DNA from: Parvularia atlantis
Lineage: Eukaryota
Length of the DNA stretch: 42,403 nt
Reading direction: 5' to 3'
Assembly (NCBI GenBank): GCA_943704415.1
Contig: CALSCO010001185.1
Span: 1 to 42,403, forward strand
Positions 11,567 to 23,927 of the stretch are shown here, in pieces (within the stretch, counting starts at the first letter, position 1; the number at the start of each line of letters is the position of its first letter). The notes beneath the pieces are model-generated. The model saw only the letters and a list, made by a program, of their open reading frames with translations, had not been told where the DNA came from and ran no database searches. The position numbers were made by a program, and so were the translations under genes.

Positions 11567-11627
11567 CGCGCCGGCAGGGCAAGCACCGCCGAAAGACTCG
11601 GTCACCGACGATCTCCTGCAGCTCTGA
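9901..11627 (+). CDS. ESS2: Splicing factor ESS2/DGCR14 homolog, about 4 exons
   Basis: KVLPEDVYTDALAAIIERDFFPNL, LEAFQLRYTSEDDASF, W..TVRNALMYYPDG, SPKIAGYGLV, TPMMTWGTIEGTPLLL. Confidence 0.93.
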
Positions 11628-11674
11628 GCGTTTCTCCTTGTACGTGTCCGTCGGCAAGCACACAACGCGCGCGA

Positions 11675-13426
11675 TCACACCGCCGCGGCCACGCCGAAGC
11701 GCTGCACATAGCGCGTCAGGAATTTGTCGTACGAGCAGTGCCGCGAGTCGTGGTCCGTGTGGCCGCAATAGAGGCACTTGGTCGCGGCGACGGCGGGGGC
11801 ACCTGCCTCGGCCGCCTTGGTCCGCGCACGCTCCACCGCGGGCTCCTCGTGTGCTGCGCTGCCATCATCCTCGCCGCGGCGCGGGGCAGCCACGCTAGTC
11901 CGCTCTCGATCCCGCTCGCGTTCGCGTTCACGCTCGCGATCCCGCTCCCGCTCCCGATCCCGCTCCCGATCACGCTCGCGCTCTCGCTCACGTTCGCGCT
12001 CCCGGTCTCGCTCGCGGTCGCGGTCGCGATCCTGGTCCCGGCGCGCGCGACGGTCGTCCGCCGGCGATGGCGACCGGGAACGTTTCCGATCGCGCCCGCG
12101 CCCGGCGTCGGCCTCGGCGCGCCCGTCCACGGCCGGCGGTGCCATCCAGCGCGCCTCGGCCGCGCGCGCATCCTCGGCCGCATGTGCCTCCGCCGCCGGC
12201 ATCCCGTTGCTCGCCGCTGTCGGCATCCGCAGCGCCGCCTCGTCCTCGTAGCGCCCGCCCGGGCGGTAGCCGTTGGGCGGCGCGCCGTAATAGCCGTCCG
12301 ACGGCAGCGCCGGCACGCCCTCCGGTCCAAAGTCCATCCCGAGATACCCACCGCGGGCCGCCGGCTGCGGCGCACTCGGGTCCAGGTGGCCGTACCCGTA
12401 TGCGAGCGCGGGCGGCGCGCGCATGCCGTAAGTGTCCGCGGCCGCCGGCTGCGGCGGTGCGCCGTAGACCGCCTCGGGCGGGAAACCACCGTACGGCTGG
12501 GGTTGCGCAAGCGGGTCGTAGCTGCGCGATGTCTGCGAGCGAGCGAGTGACTCAGCGCCCATGCAGCGCACGGTATCGGCAACGCAGCACACCAGGGCGC
12601 CACGCAGCGCCGCAATCTCGCGGTCCTTCTGCGTCAGCGCCAGGTCCTTCTCGTACAGTTCCTGCACCGGCGCGGTGAGGCACGAGGCCGACGCGACGCG
12701 AGCACAGCACGGACCATCACGAGCACCGACAGGCGGCTCTTGATGTACCCGACCTCCTCGGGCGAGTGGAAGTCCGGCATCGACAGCAGCCGCGCCGTCG
12801 TCGGGTCGATGCGGAAGCGCGAGCCCTCGCCGGGCATCAGGGCGGGCGGCGGGGGCGCGCCGTACGGCTGCATTGGCTGCATTGGCTGCATCGGCGGCAT
12901 CGGCGGCATCGGCGGCTGCGTTGCGGGCAGCGGCACCATCGCCGCCGGCGGCGGCGGCGCGTACATCTCGCGCGGGTACGTGTGCTCGGCCGCGTGCTGC
13001 TCCATGCCGCCGCGGTCGGGCGGGCCGGGCGAGGGCGCGCGCTTGTGCAGCGCCATCTCCCGGTCGCGGTCGCGGTCGCGGTCGCGGTCGCGGTCACGCT
13101 CCCGTCCGCCGCGGTCGCGCGCCGCGCGTGCCTCCTCGTCCTTCTCGGCGTCACGCTTGCGCCTGGTGCGGCGTGTGGCGTGAGGGGCAAGCGCGCGCGC
13201 GCCGGCCTCTGACGGGCAACACACTGCAGCTCCATGTACGGGCAGTTTGCGGCCTTGTGCTCGCCCCGCAGCTGCGCCCGGCGCGGCTCAACACGCCCGC
13301 GCGCACACGACGCGGAGGCACGCGACGCACGCCGCACAGCCGGCAGATGTAGGTCGACGCGACGGGCGGGCCGACGCGCGGGTCGACGCCGTCGCCCGGT
13401 CGCGGCGAGAAGAGCGGCTTTGACAT
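11675..13426 (-). CDS. Unknown protein with N- and C-terminal CCHC zinc knuckles, a Pro/Met-rich region and RD/RE dipeptide repeats (likely RNA processing)
   Basis: Spliced YICRLCG|LRGEHKAANCP; C-terminal CLYCGHTDHDSRHC; RDRDRE tracts at about 11900-12030 and 13060-13100. Confidence 0.7.
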
Positions 13427-13436
13427 CGCGCGAAGG

Positions 13437-14114
13437 ATGTGGCGGCGCGGCAGCGGCGTGATCGCGGCGACCGGCGCCGTCACCGCGACGCGCCGCGCGC
13501 TGGCCACGGGGGGTGCGGGCGCGGCGGCGGCCGCGGGCACGGGGCGCCCCGAGCACTACAAGGTGCTGGGCGTGCCGCCGGGCGCGTCGCTCAAGGACAT
13601 CAAGTCGTCCTACTACCGCCTCTCGCTCAAGTACCACCCGGACCGGCACGTCGGCGGCGACGCGGCCGCCGCGGCGGAGTTCGCCAAGGTCAGCGACGCC
13701 TACGCCGTGCTCAGCGACGACACCAAGCGCCGCCAATATGACCAGTCGATCGGCGGCGGCGCGGCGGCGGGCGGCGGACCGGGCACAACCTACTACTACC
13801 ACCACTCGCACGTGCACGCGCCGCGCGCCGGGGCCGGGCACACGCACGCCGGGCGCACGACAGGCGCGGGCGCGGGCGAGGCGTTCAGCGCGCACGCCGG
13901 GCGCGCCCGCTTCGACCAGCGCGAGCACTACCAGGCGCACTACGGCTTCGGGCCCAACGCGCGCGAGCGTCGGCGGCTGGAGGAGGAAAACGACCGGTTC
14001 CGGCGCACGCGCAACTACAGCTTCTGGCAGGTGCTGGCGCTGCTCGTCGTCACGTTCTGGATCGCCCGCGTGGCCGCGCATAACACGCGCTCGCCGACCA
14101 AGAACCGCTCCTAG
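13437..14114 (+). CDS. Intronless J-domain (DnaJ type III) protein, probably mitochondrial, with a C-terminal TM segment
   Basis: HYKVLGV..IKSSYYRLSLKYHPD..EFAKVSDAYAVLSDDTKRRQYD; Arg-rich N-terminus; hydrophobic WQVLALLVVTFWI. Confidence 0.92.
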   Translation: MWRRGSGVIAATGAVTATRRALATGGAGAAAAAGTGRPEHYKVLGVPPGASLKDIKSSYYRLSLKYHPDRHVGGDAAAAAEFAKVSDAYAVLSDDTKRRQYDQSIGGGAAAGGGPGTTYYYHHSHVHAPRAGAGHTHAGRTTGAGAGEAFSAHAGRARFDQREHYQAHYGFGPNARERRRLEEENDRFRRTRNYSFWQVLALLVVTFWIARVAAHNTRSPTKNRS

Positions 14115-14134
14115 TTCGTGTACAGCACTCATCG

Positions 14135-15496
14135 TTACAGCTCCGAGACAAGCGGTGCCCTTGCGGACGGCGCCGGTCGCGCCTTGAGCGACTCGACCGC
14201 CTCGCGCGCGGCTGCGTGGTGCGCGTTGTCCGCGTGCCGCCGCCGCGCCTCGGCCGCGACAGCGTCCGCCAGGGCTTCGTACGCCGCAGCCGGCTGTGCC
14301 TGTGCCCAGGCGATGAAGAACGAGACCTTGCGCCAGCGCTCGTCGCGCGCCCGCCCGCGCGGCAGCGACTGCAGCCACCGGCACATGTCCGAGAGCGCCG
14401 GCACGACGTCGCGCTTGCGCAGGATCGTCGCCACATCGTCCAGCAGCAGCGCACACGCCTCGGCTGCCATCCCGAGCTCGCCGATCGCGCGCTGCACGCA
14501 CTGGGCAGCGCACGTCTCGGCCGAGGCGTGCACGAACGTGCTCCGGGGCGCGAGCACGCTGCTCACGCGCTCAAGGTCCGCCGCGGCCTGCGTCCCGTGC
14601 TCGCCCGTGAGGTCGCTGTTGTAGCGGCGCATGACGAGCGCGTAGCAGAACCTGCGCAGGAGACCGCGTCAGCCACCGCACGTCGGTTGCGCAGCGAGGG
14701 GACGCACAGCAGCTCGAGCAGATTGAACGCGAGGCCGGCGCTCGGCTCGCCCTTGACGAGCTCACGCAGCGGCGGCACGCCGTCCATCGGCTGCGGGCGC
14801 TCGTTGCCCGCGGCCTCGCCGCCGACCTCGCGCACGAGCGCCGGCCGCGCACTGACCCACCACGGCTGCTGGCGCGTCAGCCCGCTGCACACACGCACGC
14901 GAGCGCGCAGTCCGCGCACCTCGACCGCATCGACGAGCTGCCCGGCCGCGCCGCTCTGCACCATGCGCAGGAACGCTGCGCGCTCGGCCTCGGTCAGGCG
15001 CGACCACACGGCCTCGGTCGGCTCGCCCGCCAGGTCGATGTCGGCGAAGCGCGCGTGCAAGTCGTCGCCGTCGCCGTTGCCCTGCACCGCCGCGCGGCCG
15101 GTCGCCTGCGCGAGCGCCGCCTCCTCCTCAACCTGCATCGCGAGCTGACGCTCCAGCATCGCGAGCGTCTGCTGCCGCTCATCGTCCGTCGCGCGCTCGC
15201 CGTGCAGGCTGTCGGCGTACTGGTCGCGGTAGAACGTCTGCGAGCACGAGGCGTGCCGCTGCGAGGGCCCCGCGCGCGCGTAAGCGGACGGGGTGCAGCG
15301 CGTGCGTGGCGTGGCGCCCGACCTCGTCCTTGTAGCACGCGAGCGAGCAGTACGGAAGGTTGCAGCGCGGGCATGTGTAGCGCGCCGGCTGCAGCGCGCA
15401 TCTGGCGTGGGCCGCGCGCTCAGTGGCCGTGTCTGCACTGCTCACGCATGCACGCGCGCACATCCGGCACACGGCCTTTGTGTCGAGCTCGACCAT
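14135..15496 (-). CDS. HIT zinc-finger protein, ZNHIT2-like
   Basis: CRMC..ARYTCPRCNLPYCSLACYK..HASCSQTFY (zf-HIT); LHARFADIDL..VWSRLTEAERAAF; PWW; FNLLELL..YALVMRRYN. Confidence 0.85.
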
Positions 15497-15553
15497 CACT
15501 CCTGACAAACTGTCGCGACCTCGACCGTGCGCCAAGCGTGCACCGCTCTTTGA

Positions 15554-17912
15554 TCACATGCGGAACACGCCAAAGTCGGTCTTCTCGATCGGCGCGTTAA
15601 GCGACGCGCTGATGGCCAGGCCCAGCACGTCGCGCGTGTCGGCCGGGTTGATCACGCCGTCGTCCCACAGCCGCGCGCTCGAGAAGTACGGGTGGCCCTC
15701 GGTCTCGTACCGCCGCACGATCGGCTCCTTGAACTTGGCCTCCTCCTCGGCCGACCACTGCGACGCGCGCGCGCGCGGGCTGAGCGCGGCCGCTGTGCAC
15801 AGAACAACGGCGCGCCGCACCTTGGCGCCCTTGCGCTCGCGGATCTCGCGCTGCACTGTCGCCAGCACTGACGCGGCCTGCTCGCCGCCCATGACCGAGA
15901 TGCGCGCGTTCGGCCACATCCATAGGAAGCGCGGGCTGGCCGGCGCCGCGCGTGAGCACCCTTGTCTGTTGCGCATCGCACGCACGCGCCCAACCTGTAC
16001 GCCCGGCCGCACATGCCGTAGTTGCCCGCGCCAAAGCTGCCGCCGACAATCACCGTGAACTTGGGCACCTTGGCCGTGGCGACGGCGTTGACGAGCTTGG
16101 CGCCGTGCTTGGCGATACCGCCGGCCTCGTACGACTTGCCGACCATGAAACCTGCGCGGCGCGTGAGCGGTGCTGCCGCACGGCTCGCGGCGTGCACCGG
16201 TGATGTTCTGGAGGAACACGAGCGGGATCTTGCGCTGGCTGCAGAGCTCGATAAAGTGCGCGCCCTTCACCGCCGACTCGGAAAAGAGGATGCCGTTGTT
16301 GGCAACGATGCCGACCGGGTAGCCGTGGATGTGTGCGAAGCCTGCGCACGCACGCGCACAGCACGCATCGCTCAGCGGCGGCGGCCCACGCCACCACCAG
16401 CAGAGCGCGCACCCGTTACGAGCGTCGTCCCGTACAGCTCCTTGAACTCGTCAAAGCGGCTGCCGTCGACAATGCGCGCGATCACCTTCTTGATGTCGAA
16501 CGGTTTCCGCAGGTTCTCGCTCACGATCCCGCCGAGCTCCTCGGGCGAGTACTTGGGCGGCTCTACTGGCTCGACGCGTTGCTGCCGCAAGCGCGTCTCA
16601 GCCGACTGCGTTTGCACCGTGCGGCGCGCAAAACGCGCCTCGTGGCGCTTCGTGTAGTTGATGTTGCGCATGATGCGCCGCGCGATCGACAGCGCGTGCT
16701 CGTCGTTGAGCGCGTAGTGGTCTGTCACGCCCGACACGCGGCTGTGCACGTCCGCGCCGCCCAGGTCCTCGGCTGACACCTCCTCGCCCGTGGCCGCCTT
16801 GACCAGCGGTGGGCCGCCGAGGAAGATGGTGCCCTGCTGCCGCACGATGACGCTCTCGTCGGCCATCGCGGGCACGTATGCACCGCCGGCCGTGCACGAG
16901 CCCATGACGACGGCGACCTGTCACGCACGTCAGCGGCAGCGCGTGCGAGCTGGCAGGCGGCGCACCTGCGGGATGCCCATCGATGACATCGTCGCCTGGT
17001 TGTAGAAGATGCGGCCAAAGTGCTCGCGGTCGGCGAAGATGCCGGCCTGGTTGGGCAGGTTCGCGCCGCCCGAGTCAACTGCAGCACGCGGGTGAGTGTG
17101 CGCGCCGCGGATCGACCAGGGCATGCCACCGCACCGAGGTACACGCACGGCAGCCGGTTCTCGCGCGCGATCTCCTGCGCGCGCAGGTGCTTCTTGACCG
17201 TCATCGGGTAGTACGTGCCGCCCTTGACCGTGGCGTCGTTGGCGACGATGACGGTCTCGACGCTGCCCTCCCGGCCGCTCAGCCCACGCGTCCACTGGTC
17301 GCACGCGCGCACGCAGCCCGCACCCAGACACGCGGCCGAGGCCCGTGATGATGCCCGCGCCCGCGATGAAGTCGTCGTACATCTCGTGGCCGGCGAGGGG
17401 CGAGAACTCGAGGAAGGGCGACCTGCGCGTCACACTCAGTGACCCGATGCCGCGCAGGCCCGGCGACGCACTGCGGGTCGAGCAGGCGCGCCACGCGCTC
17501 GCGCGGCAGCAGCTTTCCCTTGGACGTGTGGCGCTTGCGGGCCTCCTCGCCGCCGCCTGCGCGGCCGTGAGCGGGCGGCGTGAGCGAAGAAGCGGCCGGG
17601 CGCACCCTCCTTGACCGCGGCGACCTTGCTCTCGAGGTCGGCCACGAGCGCGGCCATGCGCTTCGTGTTCTCCTGCGGGCGTCGCCAACGTGGCTCAGCG
17701 CGCGCCGCGTGGGAAGTCTGTGCGAGAGCGCGCACCGTGAACTCGGCGCTCGCCGTGTCGACCGCGCCGTCGAGCACGTTGATCTCGGCCGCGCGGTGGT
17801 ACATGCGGCGCCTGCGCGGGATCCGCGCTAAGCTGCCACGGCCGCCGCGCCACCCATCGGGCAGCGCGCACCAAGCCGGCGCCGCAAGCCGCTGAAGACG
17901 AGCCGCCGCCAT
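15554..17912 (-). CDS. MCCC2: 3-methylcrotonyl-CoA carboxylase beta chain, mitochondrial, multi-exon
   Basis: [97 protein letters not shown]. Confidence 0.97.
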
Positions 17913-18049
17913 TTTGCCCTCGAAAGTCGAGGGTGTAACGTGGCAGATGGTGGTGTTATGGCGTTGCGCAAGCAGCGGGTCCCGTTGATAAAGGCCGCCA
18001 CGCTCCCGTCCTGCTTGCCTCAGCCACTTTCGCATTCGCCGCCGCCGCC

Positions 18050-21007
18050 ATGCCGACCGCCGCCGCCGCCGCTGCCGCTGTCACTGCCGCGCCCTGGGCC
18101 GCCACCCGCACCACCGCCGCCCCGAGCCTGCTCGACGTGATGGCGCAACAGTTCGTCGCAGAAGACGACGTGTGTCGCTCGCGCTTGTGCCGTTCGCGCA
18201 CGCGCTCGCTGACAGCGGCCGCGCACAGACCGACGGCGACGACGAGGCACTCGCACGGCGCCTGCAGGCGCAGTTTGACCTCGAGGCCGCGGGCGCCGCA
18301 CCCGCCGCGACCGCCGAGCCCCCCGTGCCCGCCCTCGTCGACCCGGACCTGCTCCTCGCGCGCAAGCTGCAGGCCGACTTTGACCGCGCGTACAACCGCA
18401 GCCTCGTCGCGCACGAGCGTCGCGTCAACGGCAACGCCAAGGGTGCGCCGCCCGCCCGCCCGTCACACGCGGCCGCTGACGTGGCACGGTAGTCGCCGTC
18501 TCGTTCGAGTGGCACCGGCGCCCCGTCACATTTGAGAGCGCGGCCGACGACGATGGCGACGCGGCCGACGAGCACAGCGTGTACGCGGGCGTGGACCTGT
18601 CGCAGGACGAGATTGCGGCGCAAGCCATCGTGCCGCCCGCGCACAAGCCGGCAACGGGCAGCGCGCACACGCCCGCCGCGCCCGCCGCGCCGCGCAAGGA
18701 GATCATCACCAAGCACGACATCCCAACCAACAACCGCCGCAACGCGCGCCGCATCGAGAGCCTGCCACTGTCGTTCAACTCGGGCAACACGGGCCAGTAC
18801 CCGGACCTGGTGCGCGCACTTGCACGCTCAGACAACGCGGGCGTGCCTGAGCGCACGGGCGCGCCGCGCAGAGCATCAGCAATCGCGTGTTCAACCAGGT
18901 GCGCGAGCACTCGCTGCGCTCACCGGGCGCGGGCGGACGCAACAAGCAGCGCATGTTTGGCAAAGAGGATGTGGTGCGTGCGGCGCGGCATGCTCGTTGT
19001 GGCCTCGTGCTGAACGGCACGCCCGCGCAGGCCACGAGCAACCGCGTGCTCGACCCGCGCACGCGCCTCATGGTGCGGCCGTTGCGCGCGCTCTGCAGCG
19101 TGTAACGCGTAGGCGCGCAGTTGTTTGCGATGATGTCGTCTGGCGTACTGCCCGAGCTCTCGGGCGTGATCAGCAGCGGCAAGGAGGCCAACGTCTATGC
19201 CGGCCAGTTTTCGCCGTGCGTTTGCCGGCCGTGCCTCTGGTCACGCGTGTGCTCACCCGCGCCTGCAGGCTCGCCCTCGCCGAGCAGCGCCAGAATGGCT
19301 CGTGGCCCGCGCTGAGCGAGGAGGCGCCGGAGGAGGATGACGAGGAAGAGGACGTTGACGACGCCGGTGCGGATGACGCCGGCGCGGACGACGAGCTGGT
19401 CGACTGCGCGGTCAAGGTGCGCACGCGGCCACGGCAGCCAGGCAGGCCTGACACGCGACGCAGATCTTCCGCACGAGCCTGAACGAGTTCAAGCAGCGCG
19501 AGCAGTACGTGCGCGACGACTTCCGCTTCAACCTGCGCATGAAGCGCAGCAACCCGCGCAAGTTCATCACGGTGCGCCTCTGCCGCGTGGTCTACACACA
19601 CGCAATGACGCGCGCGCGCGCGCAGCTCTGGGCCGAGAAGGAGATGCACAACCTGTTCCGGCTGCAGCGCGCGGGCGTGCGCTCGCCTCGCGTGCGTCCG
19701 CCCAGTGCACCGCGACGCACGCCGCTCACGCACGCGCACGCACGCACGCGCACGCACAGGTTCTGCTGTACAACAAGCACATCCTGGTCATGCAGCTCAT
19801 CGGCAAGCAGGGCCGCCCCGCGCCCAAGCTGCACGAGGTCGTCGGGCGGCTCGGCAAGGCCAAGCTCACGGCGCTGTACCGCGACTGGTGCGTTCGCCCG
19901 CTGCTGCGCTCGCAAGGCGTGACACCGCGCCCGCCAAGTGCAGTCTGCGCATGATGCGCACCATGTACCAGGACGCCCAGCTCGTGCACGCCGACCTCTC
20001 GGCCTACAACATCCTCTACCACAACGGCAAGCTCTGGTTCATCGACGTGTACGCGGCCCGTTTGTGCGTACGCGCGAGGCGGCTGACGCACGCGCCGCCG
20101 ACACCAGCTCGCAGGCGGTCATCTCGTCGCACGTGCACGCACACGAGTTTCTCCTGCGCGACTGCTCCAACGTGCACACGTTCTTCGCGAGCCAAGGCGC
20201 GACAGAGCTGCTCACGCCCATTGAGATGCTCGCCTTCGTCACGTTCCACCCGGGCCGCTTTGCGCGTGTGCCGCTGCCGAGCGGTGCGTGCCTCCTGCTG
20301 CTGCTGCTGGTGCTGCTGTTGCTGTCGTCTGACGGCGTGGCCAGGCGAGGTCGAAGTGGCCGAGGACGACGGCGACGACGAATGGTCCGACACCGACACG
20401 GCCTCGGTGAGCCAGGCGCCGGGCGGCAAGCGCACCGGCCGCAAGCCGCAGCGCACGATCGACACGCTCGACTACGGGCAGGAGGACGCGTTCATCGCGC
20501 AGGTGCACCAGCCCGTGCGGCTCGCTGGCACGCAGCCTCACCCGTCTGCCGCGCCGCAGGTCAAGCGCGACGTTGCGGCGCTGGCCGAGGCGCACCCGGT
20601 TGGCGTCAACCCCGTGACGAGCGCGAGCGAGCTGCTACGGTACCTGCTGCCGACGATCCGGCACATCATGGCAAGCAAAGCGCGCGCGCATGGGCCGCGG
20701 TGGCTGATCTCGACGAGGGCAGGCCGGCGACACTGACGCGGCCGACACGCTGCCGGGCGGCCACCTCAACACGGCGACGTACCGCAGCGCGCCGGGCCTC
20801 TACGGCGACAACGCAGGCGACGAGGACGAGGAGGAGGACGACGAGGAAGTTTCTGTTGAGGACGAGGACGACGAGGACTCGCAGCTGGCCAAGGAGGAGG
20901 AGCTGCTCATCGACCGCCGCCTCGTCGCACAGCTCGAGGCCGCGCTCGAGACGCCCGTGGGCGTCGGCGGGCCGGCGACGTCGCGTGCGCGGTCCAAGCG
21001 CCAGTGA
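18050..21007 (+). CDS. RIOK3: RIO-family atypical kinase, RIOK3-like, multi-exon
   Basis: VLDPRTRL, GVISSGKEANVY, AVKIFRTSLNEFKQR..YVRDDFRF, WAEKEMHNL, LVHADLSAYNIL, WFIDV. N-terminal W..SLLDVM.QQ, DxxLARxLQ repeats and ITKHD are typical of RIOK3. Confidence 0.85.
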
Positions 21008-21037
21008 GCGCCTTCTGCCTGGAACCGCAGTCACACA

Positions 21038-22403
21038 TCAAAACAAGTTCAGGAACGCGCGCAGCTGCGGCGTCGTGTTCATGGTGCAGTCTGACGCCTC
21101 GCGCTTGGCCATGGCCTCGGGCATCCACTTGCGGATGCTCTCGATGCGGTCGCGCTTGGTCGGGTGGGTCGAGAGATACTTGTCGAGCGCCTTGTCCTGG
21201 TTGACAACGCTCATGCGCTGCGCCGGCGTCAGACACGCTGCGGACACCGGCGCGGTAGTCGCGCACCTGCCACAGGTAGATGGCCTCGGTCGGCTCGTAG
21301 CACGCCTGCGCCATCAGCAGCAGGCCGATGTAGTCGGCCTCGCTCTCGCTGCGTGCGCGCGTGTCGACGGCGTGCGCGGCGCCGTCTGCAAGCAGCGCAC
21401 CACGCGCGCGAGTACGGCAGGTCGTAGCCGAGCGAGAAGATGAGCCGCCCGAGCGACGTCAAGTCCGTGTTGAACACGAGCGACAGCACGATGTTGAACA
21501 CCATCGCGACCTGCGCCGTGCGTGCGCTGCGTCAGCCCGACGTCGGCACAGTCAGCGCACGCGCACGTGCCTGCGCGATCGTCATGCGCTCGGCCGAGTG
21601 CCGCGCGACCTGGTGCGCGACCTGTCGGCGTCCGCAGTGTCAGCGTTGCGCGGTTCGAGCTCGCATACGGCCAGCGAACCTCGTGCCCGAGCACGGCCGC
21701 CATGCCGTCGTCGTTGGCCATCACGGGCAGGATGCCCGTGAACACAAACACGCGCCCGCCTGCGCCCGCCCGTCGTCAGCGCACGCGTCCGGCGAGGCGG
21801 GTGCCGCCGTGTGCCGCGCACCGGGGATGACGAACGCGTTGATCTCGGGCGAGTCGATCACGTAGAACTCCCACTTGGCCTCGGGCAGGCCGCTGACGGC
21901 GGCGATGCGCTCGCCCACGCGCTGCACGCGGCGCACGGTCTGTGCGCCTCGTGCGTCGGTCCTGCACAGCTCTACCGCCAGATGGCGCGCACCGGGTGCG
22001 ACGGCGGCAGAAAGCGTCCGCGGTACTCGCGCATCAGCGCCTGGAACGCCTGCTCGCCCATCTGCCGCTCGCTCTCGATTGAGACGTTGTTGAAGCGCCT
22101 GCGGCCTGGTGCCGTGCACGCGGTCATGTCACACGCACGACCCCCTCCCCCGATGCCGCGCCGCCACGCCGCACCCGACACGGGCACGGTCTCGAGGTGC
22201 GTGACGTAGTAGACGCCGCCCGTCGCCACGATCGTACCCGCGACGACGAGGTTGCGCCGGCGCTGCTGCTGCGCCGCCTCACTCTGCCCGCGCTGGAAGT
22301 ACTGGTAGCCCTGGCGGCTGTCGAAGGCGAGCGAGCGCGCGGGCGCGCGCAGCAGCGGCGGGCGGGCCGCGATCGCGGCTGGACGGGCGATGGCGCGAAG
22401 CAT
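21038..22403 (-). CDS. OMA1: Mitochondrial M48 metalloprotease OMA1
   Basis: HLETVPVSGRRRF, WEFYVIDSPEINAFVIPGG, VFVFTGIL, AAVLGHEVAHQVARH (HExxH), LPYSR..ESEAD.IG, YLSTHP. Confidence 0.93.
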
Positions 22404-22461
22404 GCGATCTGCGATCGTTTCTGCATCTGACACGGCCAGGGCGCCGCTCTCACTACTGCCG

Positions 22462-23906
22462 TCAGTCGGCCTTCTTCGACTTGCGCTTGGTCGCCGGCGA
22501 CTGCTGCGGCGACTGCTGCGGCGACTGCTGCGGCGGCGACAGCTCCCCCTTGCCGGGCGATTGGGCCGGCGCGTCCTTGCCCTTGCTGGCGCGCTTGCCT
22601 GTCGCGCGATTCTGCACGAGGAAGTTGCCGAAGAGCACGAGCAGCGTGATCATGTAGAAGAAGAGGATGCGCGTCGTCAGCTGCGGGTAGCTCGCGTTCG
22701 TGTAGATGTCGTACGCCGACTGGGTCATCATCGTCACAAACTGGGTCATCTGCGGCGCGCGCGCTCAGCGCCCGCGGCGTGCAGCGGCGTGCAAGGGGGT
22801 GCACGGGCGGGCGCGCACCTGCAGGTACGTGATCACAAACTTGTTGCCGATCGGGATCTTGAGCACCGAGCACAGGTAGTACGTGTACATGACGACATGG
22901 ATGAACGAGTTGAGCGCGGCCGAGTAGTACGCTGTCACACGCGCGCCGCGCGGTCAGGCCGTGCACGTGGCCGTGGAGAGTGCGCACACCCTCGCCGCCG
23001 GGCGCCATGAATGTGACGAGCCACCAGATGCAGAAGATCGTGACGTGCTGCGCGCGCGAGCCGTCAGGCGCACGGCGCTATCTGTCGGCGCGACGCACGT
23101 GGTACACGTGCAGGAACGTGACCTGGCGCATGTTGCCCTTGAGAATCATGATGAACTGCGCGCCGTGTGAGCGTTGCATGCAGTCGGGAGCCGCGCGCAC
23201 CGTGTCGATGAACTCGACGATCTTGGAGACGTAGAACAGCCAGATGATCTTGGCCATCTGGCGCGCCCAGCCGTCAGGCCCCACGCGCCACGCTGTGCGA
23301 GCATCCGCACCGGCCAGCCGGCCTCGGTCTCGTCGCTCGGGTTGCCCCAGAACGAGTACTTGCCGACGACGGCTGCGCGCGAGGACGTGAGCGGCAGTGA
23401 GAGTGCGCGCGCGCGGAGAGGGCGGATCTGCGCACCCTGGCGGATGACCTCGGCCATCATGTAGCCTGCGATGCGACCCGCGCGGTCCGTGTGAGGCGGG
23501 CGAGCGCAGCGCGGACGGCCGACGGCGGCGCACCCGAAAGCACGACGAGGAAGAGGTTGTGCGCGGCGGCGAAGAGGTTGAGCGGCGTGGCCTCGAAGCC
23601 GCGCTTGACCTTGGTCTTGCCCTTGCCGTCGGCGTCGTCGTCGCCGCCCCGGCCGGCCACGGCGACGCCGAGCAGGACGACGCCGAGGTACAGCATGGTG
23701 ACGAGGGCCACATGGTACGGGTTCATGAGCGGGAGGCGCGCGGCGTGCACCGAGCCCTGCGTCTTGAGGAAGTCGTCGAGGCTCGCCTCCCACGCGTCCG
23801 GCAGCACGTCGCGGCAAAGCGCCTCCCACCGCGTGAGCAGCGGCGCAAGCGGGCCGGGCAGGTGCGCGTCGACAAAGCCAAGCAAGGCGTCCAGTGGGGC
23901 CTCCAT
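22462..23906 (-). CDS. ELO/GNS1 fatty-acid elongase, delta-6 PUFA elongase-like
   Basis: LPLMNPYHV, HNLFL, FYVSKIVEFIDT, QVTFLHVYHH, APGGEAYYSAALNSFIHVVMYTYY, LFGNF, and a di-lysine-like C-terminus KKAD. Confidence 0.92.
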
Positions 23907-23927
23907 CGGTGTGCGGCGAATGTCGGC

